A DNA stretch of 64,000 bases from Lingula anatina (lineage: Eukaryota > Animalia > Brachiopoda), in assembly GCA_051362555.1 (NCBI GenBank), contig CM120642.1, positions 22,320,001 to 22,384,000 of the forward strand, written 5' to 3'. The position numbers and the translations under genes are program-made. Shown here piece after piece: positions 41,815 through 55,298 of this stretch. The first letter of the stretch is position 1. Every line of letters starts with the position of its first letter. The notes beneath the pieces were generated by a model that made no database searches, was not told the origin of the DNA, and saw nothing but the letters and a program-made list of their open reading frames with translations.

Positions 41815-43724
41815 GTATGTGGCAAGATTAAGGACATTGTCAAATGGTGTACAAAACCCGATTCCAGAAACCCATTGTAAGGAGTAATCTGCATCTGGTA
41901 TTGGTAGTAGGGAGAATACTTGAATGGGTATATATTATTTTCCAGATTTCAAAAATGGGTAATTTTCCACCTCTCATGCAAACAAACACAAATCATAACA
42001 TTTGCCATTTCATGTGAGACTTAATTATATGTTGTAAAATTTAAAAAAAAAATTGGGAATTCTTACTCTTCTTATACAAATTGCCAATAAACAACAATTC
42101 TATTACAAACAGTCAATTGGTAAGCTTATCCCATTTTTTATTGATGTTAAGAATCATTTGTCCAAATTTCACAAATATTGGACCAGATTTATCAAAATTA
42201 TTACCGTTTAAGTATTTTATGCCATGGAATTTGCCAGTCTTTTCAATATAATTTTCAATTTTCTCCAATGTATTGTCTGAAAAAATGTTTTTCATGGGAC
42301 ACTGTCAACTGATGAGATTATTGCAGATTTTTATTGTTGTTAAGTATCACTTGTCTAAATATCACTAATATTGGATCTGAATTGTCAAAATTATTAACCT
42401 TTAACCATTTTATGCCATGGAATTTGCAAGTCTTTTCAATCTAATTTTTACTTTTCTCCAATGTATTGTCTGAAAAAATCTTTTTCATGGGACACAGTCA
42501 ACTGATGAGCTTATCACAGATTTTTATTGTTGTTAAGCATGATTTGTGCAAATTTCACAAATATTGAACATGATTTGTCAAAATTATTAACGTTTAACTA
42601 TTTTATGCCATGGAATTTGCTAGTCTTTTCAATGGAATTTTCAGTTTTTTAAACTGTATTTTCTGAAAAAATCTTTCACATTAGACAGTCAACTCATAAG
42701 CCTAACTTTATCAAAATTATAAATGTTTAACTATTTTAGTTTGAAAAATTTGTCACTTTTTGAAATTTAATTTTCACTTTTTAAAAATTATATATTGTTC
42801 TTTGTCCAGGTGACCCTTTCCATACAGCAAGGTGGCCTTTAGGCGAACTGGTACTTCCTGTCTGGTCATGGATAATTTGTACAGAAAAAGCATGCAGTTA
42901 AAGACAGCAGCAAGAGCAAAGCTATGTCTCATCCATGTGTGCAATAGATGGTATGTGGCAAGATTTAGGACATTGTCAAACGGTGTACAAAACCGATTCC
43001 AGAAACCCATTGTAAGGAGTAATCTGCATCTGGTATTGGTGGTAGGGAGAAGACTTGAATGGGTATTTATTGTTTCCAGATGACAATAATGGGTAATTTT
43101 CCACCTCTCATGCAAACAAACACAAACATAACATTTGCTATTTCATGTGAGACTTAATTATATGTTGTAAAATTAAAAAAAAAATGGGAATTCTTACTCT
43201 TCTCATACAAATTGCTAATAAACAACAATTCTATTACACACAGTCAATTGGTAAGCTTAGCACAGATTTTTATTGATGTTAAAAATCATTTGCTCAAATT
43301 TCACAAATATTGGACCAGATTTATCAAAATTATTAATGTTTAACCATTTTACGCCATGGAATTTGCCAGTCTTTTCAATGTTATTTTTAGTTTTCTCCAA
43401 TATATTGCCCGAAAAAATCTTATTCATCTGACACTGTCAACTGATGAGATTATTTCAGATTTTTAATCTTGTTAAGCATTCATTTGTCGAAATTTCACAA
43501 ATATTGGACCTGATTTGTCAAAATTATTAACGTTAATTGTTTTATGCCATGGAATTGTTAGTCTTTTCAATGTAATTTTCAGTATTCTCCAATAGATTGT
43601 CTGAAAAAATCTTTTTCATGGGACACAGTCAACTGATGAGCTAATCACAGATTTTTATTGATGTTAAGAATCATTTGTTGAAATTTCACAAGTATTGGAC
43701 CAGCATATGTAGGCATATGTAGGT

Positions 43725-43830
43725 GAGGATCCAGGATTTCTTTAAAATCAATACATTATGGGAAATTATGGTAAGCATTGAAAAAAAGGGGGTCCAGACC
43801 CCCTGTGCCCTCCCTTCCCAGATCTGCTTG
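43725..43830. mobile_element. Degenerate GGATCCAGG-type MITE at the satellite's right edge
   Basis: gaggatccaggattt...gggggtccagaccccct...cccagatctgc; imperfect inverted termini. Confidence 0.35.
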
Positions 43831-44604
43831 ATACATAAAAATGCTGAATCAGGTAAACCAGGCTATGAAAACAATTTACACGTAGGTTACTGGATTATAA
43901 GATGGATAAATAAACAATTAGGAATCAATTATTAAACATAGATAAGCAGATAATTGTTGAAAAAGAAGCAGAGAAGGTACATACATATAATTGTGCACAA
44001 CAATTATCTTGATCAAGTCGCCTCTCACTCTGAAAGGACTCATTTTTTCATGAGGAAAGACGCGCAGGTGAAATGCTTTACATCTGTCCCTTGGTTTCCG
44101 AGAGACTCTGTTCTAGTCCTACACCTGTGAATGTCCATCATGGCGTGATCAAGCGTGTTCCCGAAATGTGCCCTTGGCTGGCTTTCTTTTGACCTGAAAG
44201 TTTTAACTGCGGCACAGTCTGCATTTGGAAACGTGTTAATAAGGCGTTCGGGGGGAGGGGGTTACTTGTTGTTTAGCAGCCTAATTAACGTGGTTGATCT
44301 GCAAGATCAACAGGCTTGTAGATTGATATTTATTGTACCACCAGTGTAGGCACTAGCGGTACACATGGTTTTAGTCCCGACCCGCATGTTTCGCCGGCTC
44401 TGCCGGCTCCTCTGGCTCCGCCGCCATCTCACCGTTACCCCTTCTCCTCCTAGACTACAAGGGCCTGCATACCCATCTCTTGGATTTAGGTCACCTATAA
44501 TCTCAACTCGTTCCACATAAAATTTGGGCTCCGTCGGTGCTGGGGTCTAGGTGTGGTTTATTGCAATGCAGCCTTGTCCAAAACTGGCAAAATTAAATGC
44601 TAAT

Positions 44605-45760
44605 TATCTACCATACGGAAGGAATTATGGGAATAATTTCTACAGACGGCTGACCGGAAGTCATATGTGGAGATTCCATATATGCCCTTGGATTTGACCT
44701 TTGACCTCTATTTGAAGGTCAAACGGGCCAAAATTTTCAATTTACGAAAAAAATTATTTGCACTTATATTCAGAAACTACGCAGACCTAACTTATAATAT
44801 TATTGGCAGATGTTACCCTTCAGGTCATCTTTCATCTCCGTGAGTTTGGGGTCAATCGGTGCATTTTAACGGAAGTAGCGACCAAAAGATACCAAAACCG
44901 AAAACTATCTTTAATTCGGGAACCGTTAATGCTAGAGACCTATTCATTTCTGCATTTTGTAGAGCATGTCAAGCCCAACACTGGAAGTGGTCTCCATTTT
45001 TTAAATTTCCAAATGGTTTACGAGTTATGCTGTATCAAAAAGTACATTGTGGTGGTGAAAGCAATTTTCGCAATATGGTAATGTGTAATACATTTTGAAC
45101 CCCTGGAAAATAAAACAGAAGGCTTGGCGAGACAGACATCTTCTGGTCAAAAATGACATTATTTCATGAAATTTGAACATCTGGAACTTCTGAGCATCTC
45201 CAAAATGACATTTTTTAATTTCAATTAATTTTTTTTGTAGGAAATTTATGGCACATTATTGTAACTCCAAAATTGTAACATTTAATCCCTTTTATCTCCA
45301 AAACTGGCAGAGATAGGTCCATAGTTACTATTGAAGTTGAATAGGAAGTCATATACTGGCAATTTAACTGTGGCCTTGAAATTGACCTTTGACCTACTTT
45401 TCACCATGAATTGAACTTTGCAACATTTAAGTCCCTAATATCTCCAAATCTGGCAAACAAATGGCCATTGTTACTATTGAACTTGAATAGGAAGTCGTAC
45501 ACTGGCTAACTGTGACCTTAAAATTGACCCTTGACCTACTTTTTATGATAAATTACTTTTTGCATGTTTTCTGGCCTTTAAATCTGCAAAATTGGCAAAG
45601 AAATGTCCATGGTTACTATTGAACTTGAATAGGAAGTCATATACTGTGACATTGAAATTGACCTTTTACCTAATTTTTCACCATGAACTGAGGTTTGCAG
45701 ATTTTCTTGTCCCTCATATCTTCAAAACTAGCAGAGATATGCCCCGTGTTGCCTCTAGGT
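44605..45760 (+). mobile_element. Putative non-autonomous Helitron/Helentron-like element with internal ~140-bp tandem repeats
   Basis: Three ~135-145-bp repeats (atctccaaaactggc...gttactattgaa...ataggaagtcatatact...ttgacctttgaccta) at ~45293, 45439 and 45581. TGACCTTTGACC motifs are present, and the segment ends ...gcctCTAG just before a T-run. The left boundary is approximate. Confidence 0.45.
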
Positions 45761-46429
45761 TTTTTCTTTTGTCAGCAAATATGCAACACTGACAACACAT
45801 TTCGAGGAAAACCAATTGGTCTATTGTCTTATATTCTTTTGCATATTTTGAGAACTTTTGTTGATTGCATTTTATAGAGCTTGTCAAGCACAAGACTAGT
45901 GGTGGTCTCTCTTTTTTGGGGGGTTTTCCATTCGAATGCTTACTCCAACTGGTGGTACAATATCCGGAGGCAGTATCGCCTCTCTTATCCTCTAGTTCAG
46001 AATAAATTGATGAATTGAAAAAGTTAAGTTGCAAAGAAACCTTATGTCTCAAGTATATTGCTTATGATTGCTTACTTCTTTTGTGCTTCCACCTCATCCG
46101 TGCACTTGTAATTGATACCCTGTTAATTGGTTTTAATATGAAAGATAAGAGCTTAAATTAACTACAGCACACTACAGCCTGGGGAGTCATTCCATAAGAT
46201 AGTTGTAAAGCCGCATTTTGCAACCAAAGAAATACGTGAAAACGCAATCTGCGACTGTAACGCCTTTAGCAACCAATTTTTTTAAAGTAACTGGAACAAT
46301 TTGAAATAATTTAGAGATAGAATCGGAATGTGAACGGGGTTGCCCTGACACAATAGGCTGAATCTGGTGTCTGCCACCGGGGTGGATGATTTATATACAT
46401 ATCACAGTTTTTGTCATCTCCCCCAAGAA

Positions 46430-47645
46430 CACAACAATCAGTTTTTAATTGGATTCCTTGACCTACTTATATATATCCATAGGTCTTTAGGTTGAGGAAA
46501 CTAAAATGTAGAAGTGTGCATAGGCACATCGTTTTTTTTTTTTTTTTTTTTTTTTGTGACTTGGGGTGTGGCCATCCCTGGGGATGGTTGACTAATATCT
46601 TACCATAATTTATTTCATCTCCTCCTAGACCATTCGAATAAGGAACATGAGTCTTTGGTGAATGAGTGGGCTACATGGGAATTTTAGTGTGACTTGGGGT
46701 GTGGCCATCTCTAGGGGATAGGATGATTAGTAGTTTGTCAGACAATGAATAGCTGATTCCATAGATTGCACTTTAGTCAGATTCCCCGCAGAGTTGGACC
46801 GACCCAGCTAGTACGACGTGTGAATCTGAAGGCGGGCTTTAAGTAAGGAAGGAAGGGAAAATGCAGATAAAGCAGCAGGCAGTACTTAATTACAGACCTT
46901 CATTGTATTCTTGAACAAAGGTCAAGTTAATTAAAACCCATTCAAGACCCCATACTCTCAGGAATCCCAGGGTCCAACTCAATTTGTTCTTAAACATAAA
47001 ACACACGTTTTAACATGTAATTAAAATAACTGCTCTTGGGTAATAAACGTTTTTTTTTTGTGTTAAGACACAACAGCAGTTGAACGCTAGGATTCCTGAG
47101 TGTGTGGGGCCTTGAATTAGTTTTTAATTGGATTCCCTGACCTATATTCATGCATATGGCTGGAAGTCCATTTATTTCTGTATGTGCTTCTGCTGTTCTC
47201 TAAATTTCTCAAGGACCCATACACATTCATTAAAAATGACTGGTTCATAAATCTCCAACGTTTCATGTTCCTTAAAATTTAATAGATGGCAGAAATAACG
47301 ATGTGAAAAATAGAATCAACCACCCCCCGGGAAAGCCACACCTGAAATATATCATACTAACATTCCCGGAAACCTATGCATATCTTCAATGGTAAGCTTA
47401 TCAGCCTGGAAGGTTTCATGTTCCTAACTGTAATGGCATAAGGGTAGAAGCACGAATAACGATGTAAAATTTAAAATCAACCTCCCCATGGACGCGTCTA
47501 CACCCAATATCACATAAACCCAGAAGGACCCATACACATCCCCAAAGACAGGGTTTTCAATCCCCATAGCCTTACGTTCACAACTTTATTTTTCTAAGGG
47601 TAGATAGCAGGAATTACAATGTCAATTAGACTCAACCACCCCACA
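46430..47645. repeat. Nested imperfect inverted repeats
   Basis: 46920-47010 pairs with 47045-47143. The ~130-170-bp units at 46555-46730 are the reverse complement of units at 47210-47645 (ggtgtggcc..ggatggttga / tcaaccacccc..gccacacc; aaggaacatga / tcatgttcct). Confidence 0.6.
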
Positions 47646-47648
47646 GGA

Positions 47649-47898
47649 CAGTGTCGGATTTAGAGGGGGAATCAGGGAGGTCCTGACCCCCCCCCCCCCC
47701 TTCAGTTTCTGAATAGTATATCACATCAATATTTCCCTCTCGAAATTAGAATATTGACTAGCTAAATCATAGTACCAAAGAGAACTGTTTGCTCTCCAAA
47801 GCACCAAAATTTTCGGGGCCCTTGAGCCCACACCAAGGGGGCGATGGTCGGCTTCGCCTCCGAGGCCTGTCGTTCAAATAACCCTGGGTCTGCCCCTG
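47649..47898. mobile_element. MITE with CAG(G/T)G(G/T)C..A-type termini
   Basis: Left end CAGTGTCGGATTTAGAGGG; right end CCCTGGGTCTGCCCCTG; internal G/C runs. Confidence 0.5.
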
Positions 47899-50800
47899 CC
47901 TTAGACCCACCATGATTCAACGTCCAAATATTGTCAGTTTTTAATCGTCCTGAAATCTGAAAAATCTCAAAACTAAATGGGTAAAACAAATGACTAGCTT
48001 TATGCTTCCGTCCCAAGGCCGGAGCTCTTGAAATAATGTACATTATTTATAGAAGTTAAACTCACGGGCATCTACGAGAACATCTGCAAATAACAGCTTC
48101 AATAAACTCCAACGAGATAAAATACGCACTATCATGTGAGTGAGTAATGTTACTCCACCCCACCCCATTGCAAATACACGTGTCACTCGAAATCATGGTC
48201 TAGAATGAAACATATCGACCTTTACGCCTAATTTCCACATCCAACCAGAACTAAAACATGTTTGGATACAATGTCCCATGAAGTGGTAATATACTATGAA
48301 GTCTCCTAAGGGGCCTTATTTTTCAACCAATGAAGTCGCCTTCTATCATGAAGTAGTAATTCTTATCCCATGAAGTGGTAATATACTATGAAGTATCTTA
48401 ACATACGTGTGAACAGAATACTTCCACAGTCCCTCAGCCAAGAACCCAAATAAACCTTATCATAATTATACTGTATCAAACATTTTGTGCACATCCATTT
48501 TTAAATGGCTTCCTTAATTTACCCCCAGTGCAGCGACAGTAGACCGTTTTCATGTCAGTGTTTCCGCCATGTGTTATATATCTGTCTGTACACATGACAG
48601 CATTTCTGCCTTGTCACTGGTGTAAGGTATGTTCTCGGAAAAAAATCATCCCACTTAAGAAGTCCAAATAAACCGGCGTGACGAGAAAAGTACGTTACTG
48701 TAGAGTACGTTACTGTAGATTCATGTGTGGACATACAAAGACATACATATAAATGTCATATACAGCAACATGTAATATGTTGATATCATAATGTGGTAGG
48801 GACTTATTTCTCAGTGACGATCATATCTTCCTCCAGGTGGCGTTATAGTACTGCCCAGTTTGTCAAACATGGCGAAAAGTGTTCAGATAAAAGCAGTGGA
48901 CCATTTTAGAATCTCCATTGACCTACATAATATTATTTCATTATGGGTGTTTTCTTCTGGTTGGTTTTTGAAATGTATTTAACACAAATGCAATATATAT
49001 ATGCATTTTAATTTTGATAAAATTTTAATCAAGTTTTGCTTGTCAGATAAGAGTGAGGGTTGGACAGAAAAACATTAGCCCTTCCCCCAAAAAGCAAATT
49101 GAACCTACTCTCTGGGAAGAGTTGTTACACCTTCCGTGATCGGGGAGTGGATGCGAGGCGGTCTGGAAATTAAGTATACGAATATTTATGTTTCAACCTA
49201 TTCAGTATAACGTTTCAATATATCAATGTTAGGGGTTTAATGGTCACTTTTTTGTAATTAATCTTATAAAAGTACTGTGACGCGTGCATGCATAAAAATA
49301 GCTTGGCCATTCCCCAGTGTTTCCCCCACAACATTTTGCTTCCTCCATAACTTCACCTTATCACGTCCTATGGAAATGAAAACTGTTTCGAACTTCGTTG
49401 GTAGAAAAAGTATCAGCAGTTGAAGACGTACCAGGAGTATGTTTACAAGAAGCAGGCAAGAAAGGGGAAATGCTGTGGAATCCCCCATTTAATTCCTTTT
49501 TACTGACGTGTAAATATTTGTAGTAAGCCGTTGGTCGAAATAAAAAGAGCATAACAGACATTAGGTATACTGTATAAGTATTACACTTCCATTTCTAATT
49601 TCGGCACGATTTCACTGGTCAAGCTGTACTACTTTACTCCGTTGAATATATAAGTTGAATTATAGCTACATTGTACAGATTTTTGTACGACGGGAGCTTT
49701 AAAAAGTGTGGCTTCACTGGCCAACAATGTCAACCCTACAAGGCATAGGGGGCGAACTGATAGCCCAAAATACTGTTTCAAACAAATGTTAATCGTTCTA
49801 TCGATACCTTCTGTCGATACCTTTAAAAATAAAGCATTGGGTACTAGAAATATGGCATGTTTAAGACTGCGTGGTCATCAGATACAGGTTTGGTTTATTT
49901 CAGTAAAGATATCTGCCCCTTATACCTTTCAAAGTGCTCTATTCTCGTAAGACCTTCAACATTGCCTTTGTTAAATGGTACTACAATAATGATTACCTTC
50001 TATAGTACCAGGGTCACAGATTGATTTTTCAATAGATACACGTTTTCACAGATATGTCTCTAGTTAAACGATGGGACTTTTCTGACCTACATGCGTCAGA
50101 GAAAAGTGCACACGAAACCAGCGTCCCTGGGAGATTGCAGGTTATGATACACGCGACCAAAAAAGTTCGGAAACGTGAAGCTTGTTTTTCAATAATCCAA
50201 AAAATATGTAATGTGTTGGAAAAGTGTCCTGTGTAGATAAGTATTAAGAAATGGCGGGTTCATTATCCATCAGTATTTGGTTAAAATATTTACCGTATGG
50301 TTATTTTATAACTATTCAAATAACGATGTTTCCGAATTTTTTTGGGCGAAAGAACCAGCATGGTAACGAGTGGTGACTTGGCGTTACGTTGTCGTGCGAA
50401 TAAAATAAGCAAAAATATGGAAACTTTTGATCGTCCACAAAAGCTTAAATAGCTCAACTTTACAATTCTTTTCATAAAACAAGAGTGAGTGTTTAGAAAG
50501 ATCATTTGAAAGTTACAACAATTTACTGATATATTTTCCCCCGACAGCGATTTTCATGAAATGTTCCTTTTTACATGTCTTATGCTATGGTAATAATAAA
50601 TCAAATAAATCATGTGAATATAGAAATAGCCACAAGTTATTGATCTTATTAATCAGTGGTGCACACATTTTTGTGCAATATTTGATGAACTGCTTTATAT
50701 CTCTTTAATTACTGTCAATTTCTCAAATTTGTTCTGAGTTTTTTTGAAATGCTTGTAGATATCGATAACATCAAATCATAAACGAATAGTTTTGACCGTT

Positions 50801-51226
50801 TATTGGTGACATGTAATACATTTGTTGTTACACCTTTGAATGAACAGATGTAACTTTGTCTATTAGATGCATGTCTTACGGATATTCAAAGTGATTAAGT
50901 AGTGATTTAATTGTTCTTAAACTTGAATAAAGACTTTCCAAGTATACAAAATGTCTTAGTTATTTCTTTGACGGTTGCGTTGCTCAGCGGCAGCCTGGGG
51001 TTGGGCTTCGACCTTGGCTTACGTTTCTAAAATTTCTTTAATGTATTGGGATTTTTTTTAGAATTTTACTTTGGTAACTACAAGAATTTCATTGACTCAG
51101 TGGTACATGGGTTTGGGTTCGTTTCCTGGTTCGGATAATTGGAAATCACTGAATACTTTTCACGGGGCTTTACAGAATTTTCCCTTTGGTTACTATAAGA
51201 GGGAAGTCTTCACGAGGAGGGTGGGT

Positions 51227-51300
51227 GGGAACACTTAGAGGAGTAGGTAACGCGCTTTCCTCTAAGTCAGGAAGTCCCCAGTTCGAATCCTGGCAATTCT
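51227..51300 (+). other. tRNA-derived SINE head or tRNA pseudogene
   Basis: A-box-like TAGAGGAGTAGG (51236) and B-box GTTCGAATCC (51281-51290) at tRNA spacing. The acceptor stem pairs poorly, so it is not called as a tRNA. Confidence 0.45.
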
Positions 51301-51656
51301 GGGTCCCAGCAATTTACCTTTTGCAAAAAAATTCAAATAAGCAAGGTGAACTAATACAAGAGGATCCCACATTTTAGAAGAGGCTAGTTGAGTTAGTGGC
51401 TCAATAGGTAAGACAACAGAGCTGTATACGAGAGTTCAAGTCGAGCTAAAGGGAACAGAAGGTGAAAAATGAAAGGGAATTCAACATACAAATATCTGCA
51501 CATTATTTTCATTATTTATTGTTTCAACAAATTCCAAGTAATTTTAACATAGTTTTTTACAAAACAAAATACCTGAAGTTACATTTTTTCTACATTGGTA
51601 GCAATCATTATAATAGCGCCAAATTTCTAAGAAATTTATAAATTATGCTTTTACAA

Positions 51657-51690
<34 letters not shown>

Positions 51691-54600
51691 AAGTCTACTA
51701 GATGGTAGATTAACTAACACATATGAAGGATTTTATGCACTTTGGAAATTGCTGCTCAAACAACGAATTCTTTTTATTTGTACAAAAAAGAATTTCGACA
51801 TTAATGCTTACCCAAACAAAATTCATAAAAAATTGACCAGAACCGGTAGATAAATTGAAAGTCAACCATATCATACTTATGAACTTTTGTTGACGTTAAT
51901 AATTGACTACTTATCCCATCGAGGAACAATGTGTCCAATTTCAGTGGTGTGAATGATATCGAAATACCAAAATGCATATAATCGAACATAGGTGTCGTCC
52001 CCTCAAGTGCACTCGCACTCACGCATACCTTGTTCTATGCCGTTGTGCCGATTCTCGCACAGAAAAAGGCAGACAAAAAAGTCATTTTTAAGAATCGAGT
52101 TTTTTACATTATTTTGTTTTCATTTCATTACATCCTAACATTGGTAGGTTAATGGCACGACTTTGAGCGAAAACAAATTTGCACACATGTGAATCAGGAA
52201 CGGCATAAAGACATGGTTAATTTACAAGCTTATTCTGGTCATAACAATTTAAGAAAAATATACAAACAAAACTGCAAAGATTACAAAGAAAAAACAATAA
52301 CAACAACGGTGACTTAAGATTCACTAATTCATAAGAGCTAATACCCTTACTCTGGTCTCTGTTATTCAGTGATCTAGAAACAGTCAGCAAAAATACCCCA
52401 ACAGGACGTGCTGGACTGGCATCTAATCAGACCTTTTCCTCTCAATCACCCCTTGATCACGACCAAAGAAATATTAATTAAAAAAGCATTTAGAACAAAG
52501 TACATAGGTGAACGTTACTTGAACCCCCCCCCCCCCCCCACCACCACCACCACCACCACCAAAAAGTCGAACAACACACAAATGGACTCGTGCAATGCTG
52601 ATAAATTTGGGTGGCCCTAAGAAGGGACAATTTTATCACGTGGGTAACATATATTCCCCTACTGTACTGCAATAACGAATGTGCAGTTATTTCGTGAAAG
52701 TCCCAATTCCTCCCCTGGTTTCATTTACTTAACATTGTTTTAGACCCTTCCCAGCACAGTAAATGTATATCTCTCTCTAACTGATCAGACACAATACCAA
52801 AACACCGAAACCAAAGTAAGTTCATTCTTAACATGCGTCACAAACGCATATCCACAACTTAAAAAAGGATCGTTTCTTATACATGGGCAATTCTGCAATC
52901 ACGTGGACAAATTTTGTCATTTTCATAACGCTGTAATTTCCAAAGCATGATAACTTAAAGATCAGTATTTGTAAGTTATTTTAAAATAACTTGTTCTTTT
53001 CTCAAACTTAACTATCAATATATGTAACCGTTTGTCTCTCAAAAGTTTCATATGAAAAAGTTGAGATATTTTCTCCTCGGAATTTCTTAGAATTTTCAGT
53101 TCAATTCAATCCAAAACAAATATTTAAAACATCTTCAAATGCACAGCTAAGTGACTAACTGAAGATTTGCCCACAGAAAAATTTTACCTTCAACTAGGAA
53201 ATCAATAGTGCTGGCACAGTACTCTACCTAAAAATCGCCTTATAATAATAAGTGTATTTCATAACTTTCATTTTTGTTTTCATCCATCACTTCAGCAAAA
53301 TGCTTTTTGGATTAAAATTATTTCGTTGAAGGTGAACTCCAAAAAGTGCCGTGTTTATTTTTCAGAACTGACGGGTACCTCCTCCTGACACAATAATAAA
53401 TATACATGATAAATAAAATACCTTGAAACGATATGAGCGGATAGAGTACTGTACTACAATTTAGAAACAAATGTATAACCAGGGTAATAGCACTCATCCA
53501 TTTCTTTCTTTTTCTCTGATCAGAAGTTTCGTTAAAAAATTCTTGGTGCGTGCAACAATTAATTTGATACACGTTTTACGCAGAATATTATTATCCAAGG
53601 CAAAGATTACATTTCATATCAATTGTCAACCCTGCAAGACAAATTTCAACAAGCGAGACAATCTTGGCATGGGCGCAGGCGATGTCCAACATGAATCTGA
53701 TATCTTTGATCGGCGACGCATCCAATCACCCGGTAAACAGCAGTTGGGAGCCACTGAAATAAACGAAGAAAATCACATTCACGACACGGTTTGATGAAGC
53801 AGTATGTGTATATCTTTACAGCATGCTATTTTGGAACACATGGGATTATGTTAACAAAACACTATTGTGCCATTCCTGTTCTTTTCTACCCTGTGCACAC
53901 TGTTTAATGACAACACACTTCTTTGCAGTCATATGTAAGATGCGATATGACAGGACCAGGTGCCCGGATTACGGAAATATTCGCGAAAATGAAAGTCAGT
54001 GAATGAGAACATTAGTATAAAATTGACAGGATCTAAAAAAAGACATTAGTCACGTTTTCACTGACCAAGCCACGGTTTTCAGGGGGAGGGGGCCAGGACA
54101 TGAGGATACATTAGCTGGATTTCGTCTTATTTCGTGCCATGTATTTTTTTGCGCTTTAGATTTTTTCTTGTTCCTTTTTAGATTTGTTTGTTTGTGAGGG
54201 AGAAGGAAAACCTCTTAAACTAAGGGAGGGACACTGTAGCCCCGTCAACCGCCCCCACCCACCCCTCACCTCCCCAACCTGTCCTGTCGTTTCCAGGAAT
54301 GTAGAGAGACAATAGTTTAACATCTTGTTACTGAATGTGCATTTGTCTGTTTGAAGTTTACTTTCATATACAAGATATTTTTGATACTTTGAAAACAGGC
54401 CAGTGACCTCGCGAATAAAACAATTAGGAGAATGTAGATACCTGCCCAGTCGTCTTACTTGTTGAGGGCTTGTTCAGACCTTTGGACGGCTGCAATAAGC
54501 CCCTCACTTCTTCATTGGCAAGTGCGTTCCTTCTCTGAAATTACAGAAAACAAATCCTTCAAACTTTGAGCTGATTTTGAAATTCTAATAGAGAGTGTAT

Positions 54601-55298
54601 TAGACATAAGTGCAATGTTCCCACAGTAATAAGGACTAAAATGCCCCAGTGCCATATGCAACATTTGGGCAAACTTCATTAACACAAAATACACAACGTT
54701 ATCTTGTATAATCTGTGCAATACTACGGCAGCTTCCTGTCATTTTCTGTGCTAAATTTTTGGCCCACATGTGGAAATTGCAGCAACGTACCATGAACCTC
54801 TGGCTTCTTCATCTTCTACCGACCTTGGTCCTATCTGAGCACCTCTCACCGAAATGCTCACCTGTATTACATAATAATGTACAGGTCACCCGCTTTTCGT
54901 ACGCACGTTTCGATTTAAACTTGTTTTTGTTATTTGATTTGGCGCAATGGGTCCTAATACCTGGATGGTGATTTAGGCTTTCTACCATCATAATGGCAAA
55001 AATAATAACATCTTATCAACCATTAGGTTTGATATCAAATTATTTGGTTATGTTTCATCCCCCCCCCCCCCAAAAAAAAACCTGTACCGATTGTGTTAGA
55101 GAAGACGAGATGCGTTTTTTGTTTACCCGATTTGTATGTAACGTTAAAATTAGTGACAGCGCTATTCAGTTGGGCCCAGCGTGAGTACAACTTATTTAAC
55201 TGGAGTTGTCACATCTAGGATTGACTTAACTAATGCTGACTCAGACCAGGTGTAAATGTTCTCACCTTCCTCGGGAGGATACAGCCCAGCTGCCGTAT

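Larger units (their letters stand above)
38100..43702. repeat. Older, diverged array of the same ~193-bp monomer + cassette satellite (4 cassettes, irregular monomer number)
   Basis: Same monomer motifs (cacagtcaactgatgagcttatcacagatttttatt...). Cassettes start at 39031, 40171, 41674 and 42810 (spacings 1140, 1503, 1136). Each has a ~150-bp tail absent from the young array. Confidence 0.95.

Noticed and set aside
1-43702. CRISPR-like repeat/spacer interpretation of the monomer + cassette array
   Set aside because: The cassettes are copies of one another rather than unique spacers, the repeats are far too long, there are no cas genes, and the context is eukaryotic.
48274-48720. 29-bp direct repeat (48274/48366) and 15-bp tandem duplication (~48689)
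   Set aside because: Ordinary local slippage duplications with no associated structure.
51227-51300. Functional tRNA gene
   Set aside because: Acceptor and anticodon stems do not pair convincingly.
53300-53980. Decayed transposase / CXC-domain remnant near ORF 53471-53794
   Set aside because: Only a vague Cys pattern with multiple stops, and no matching terminal repeats were found.
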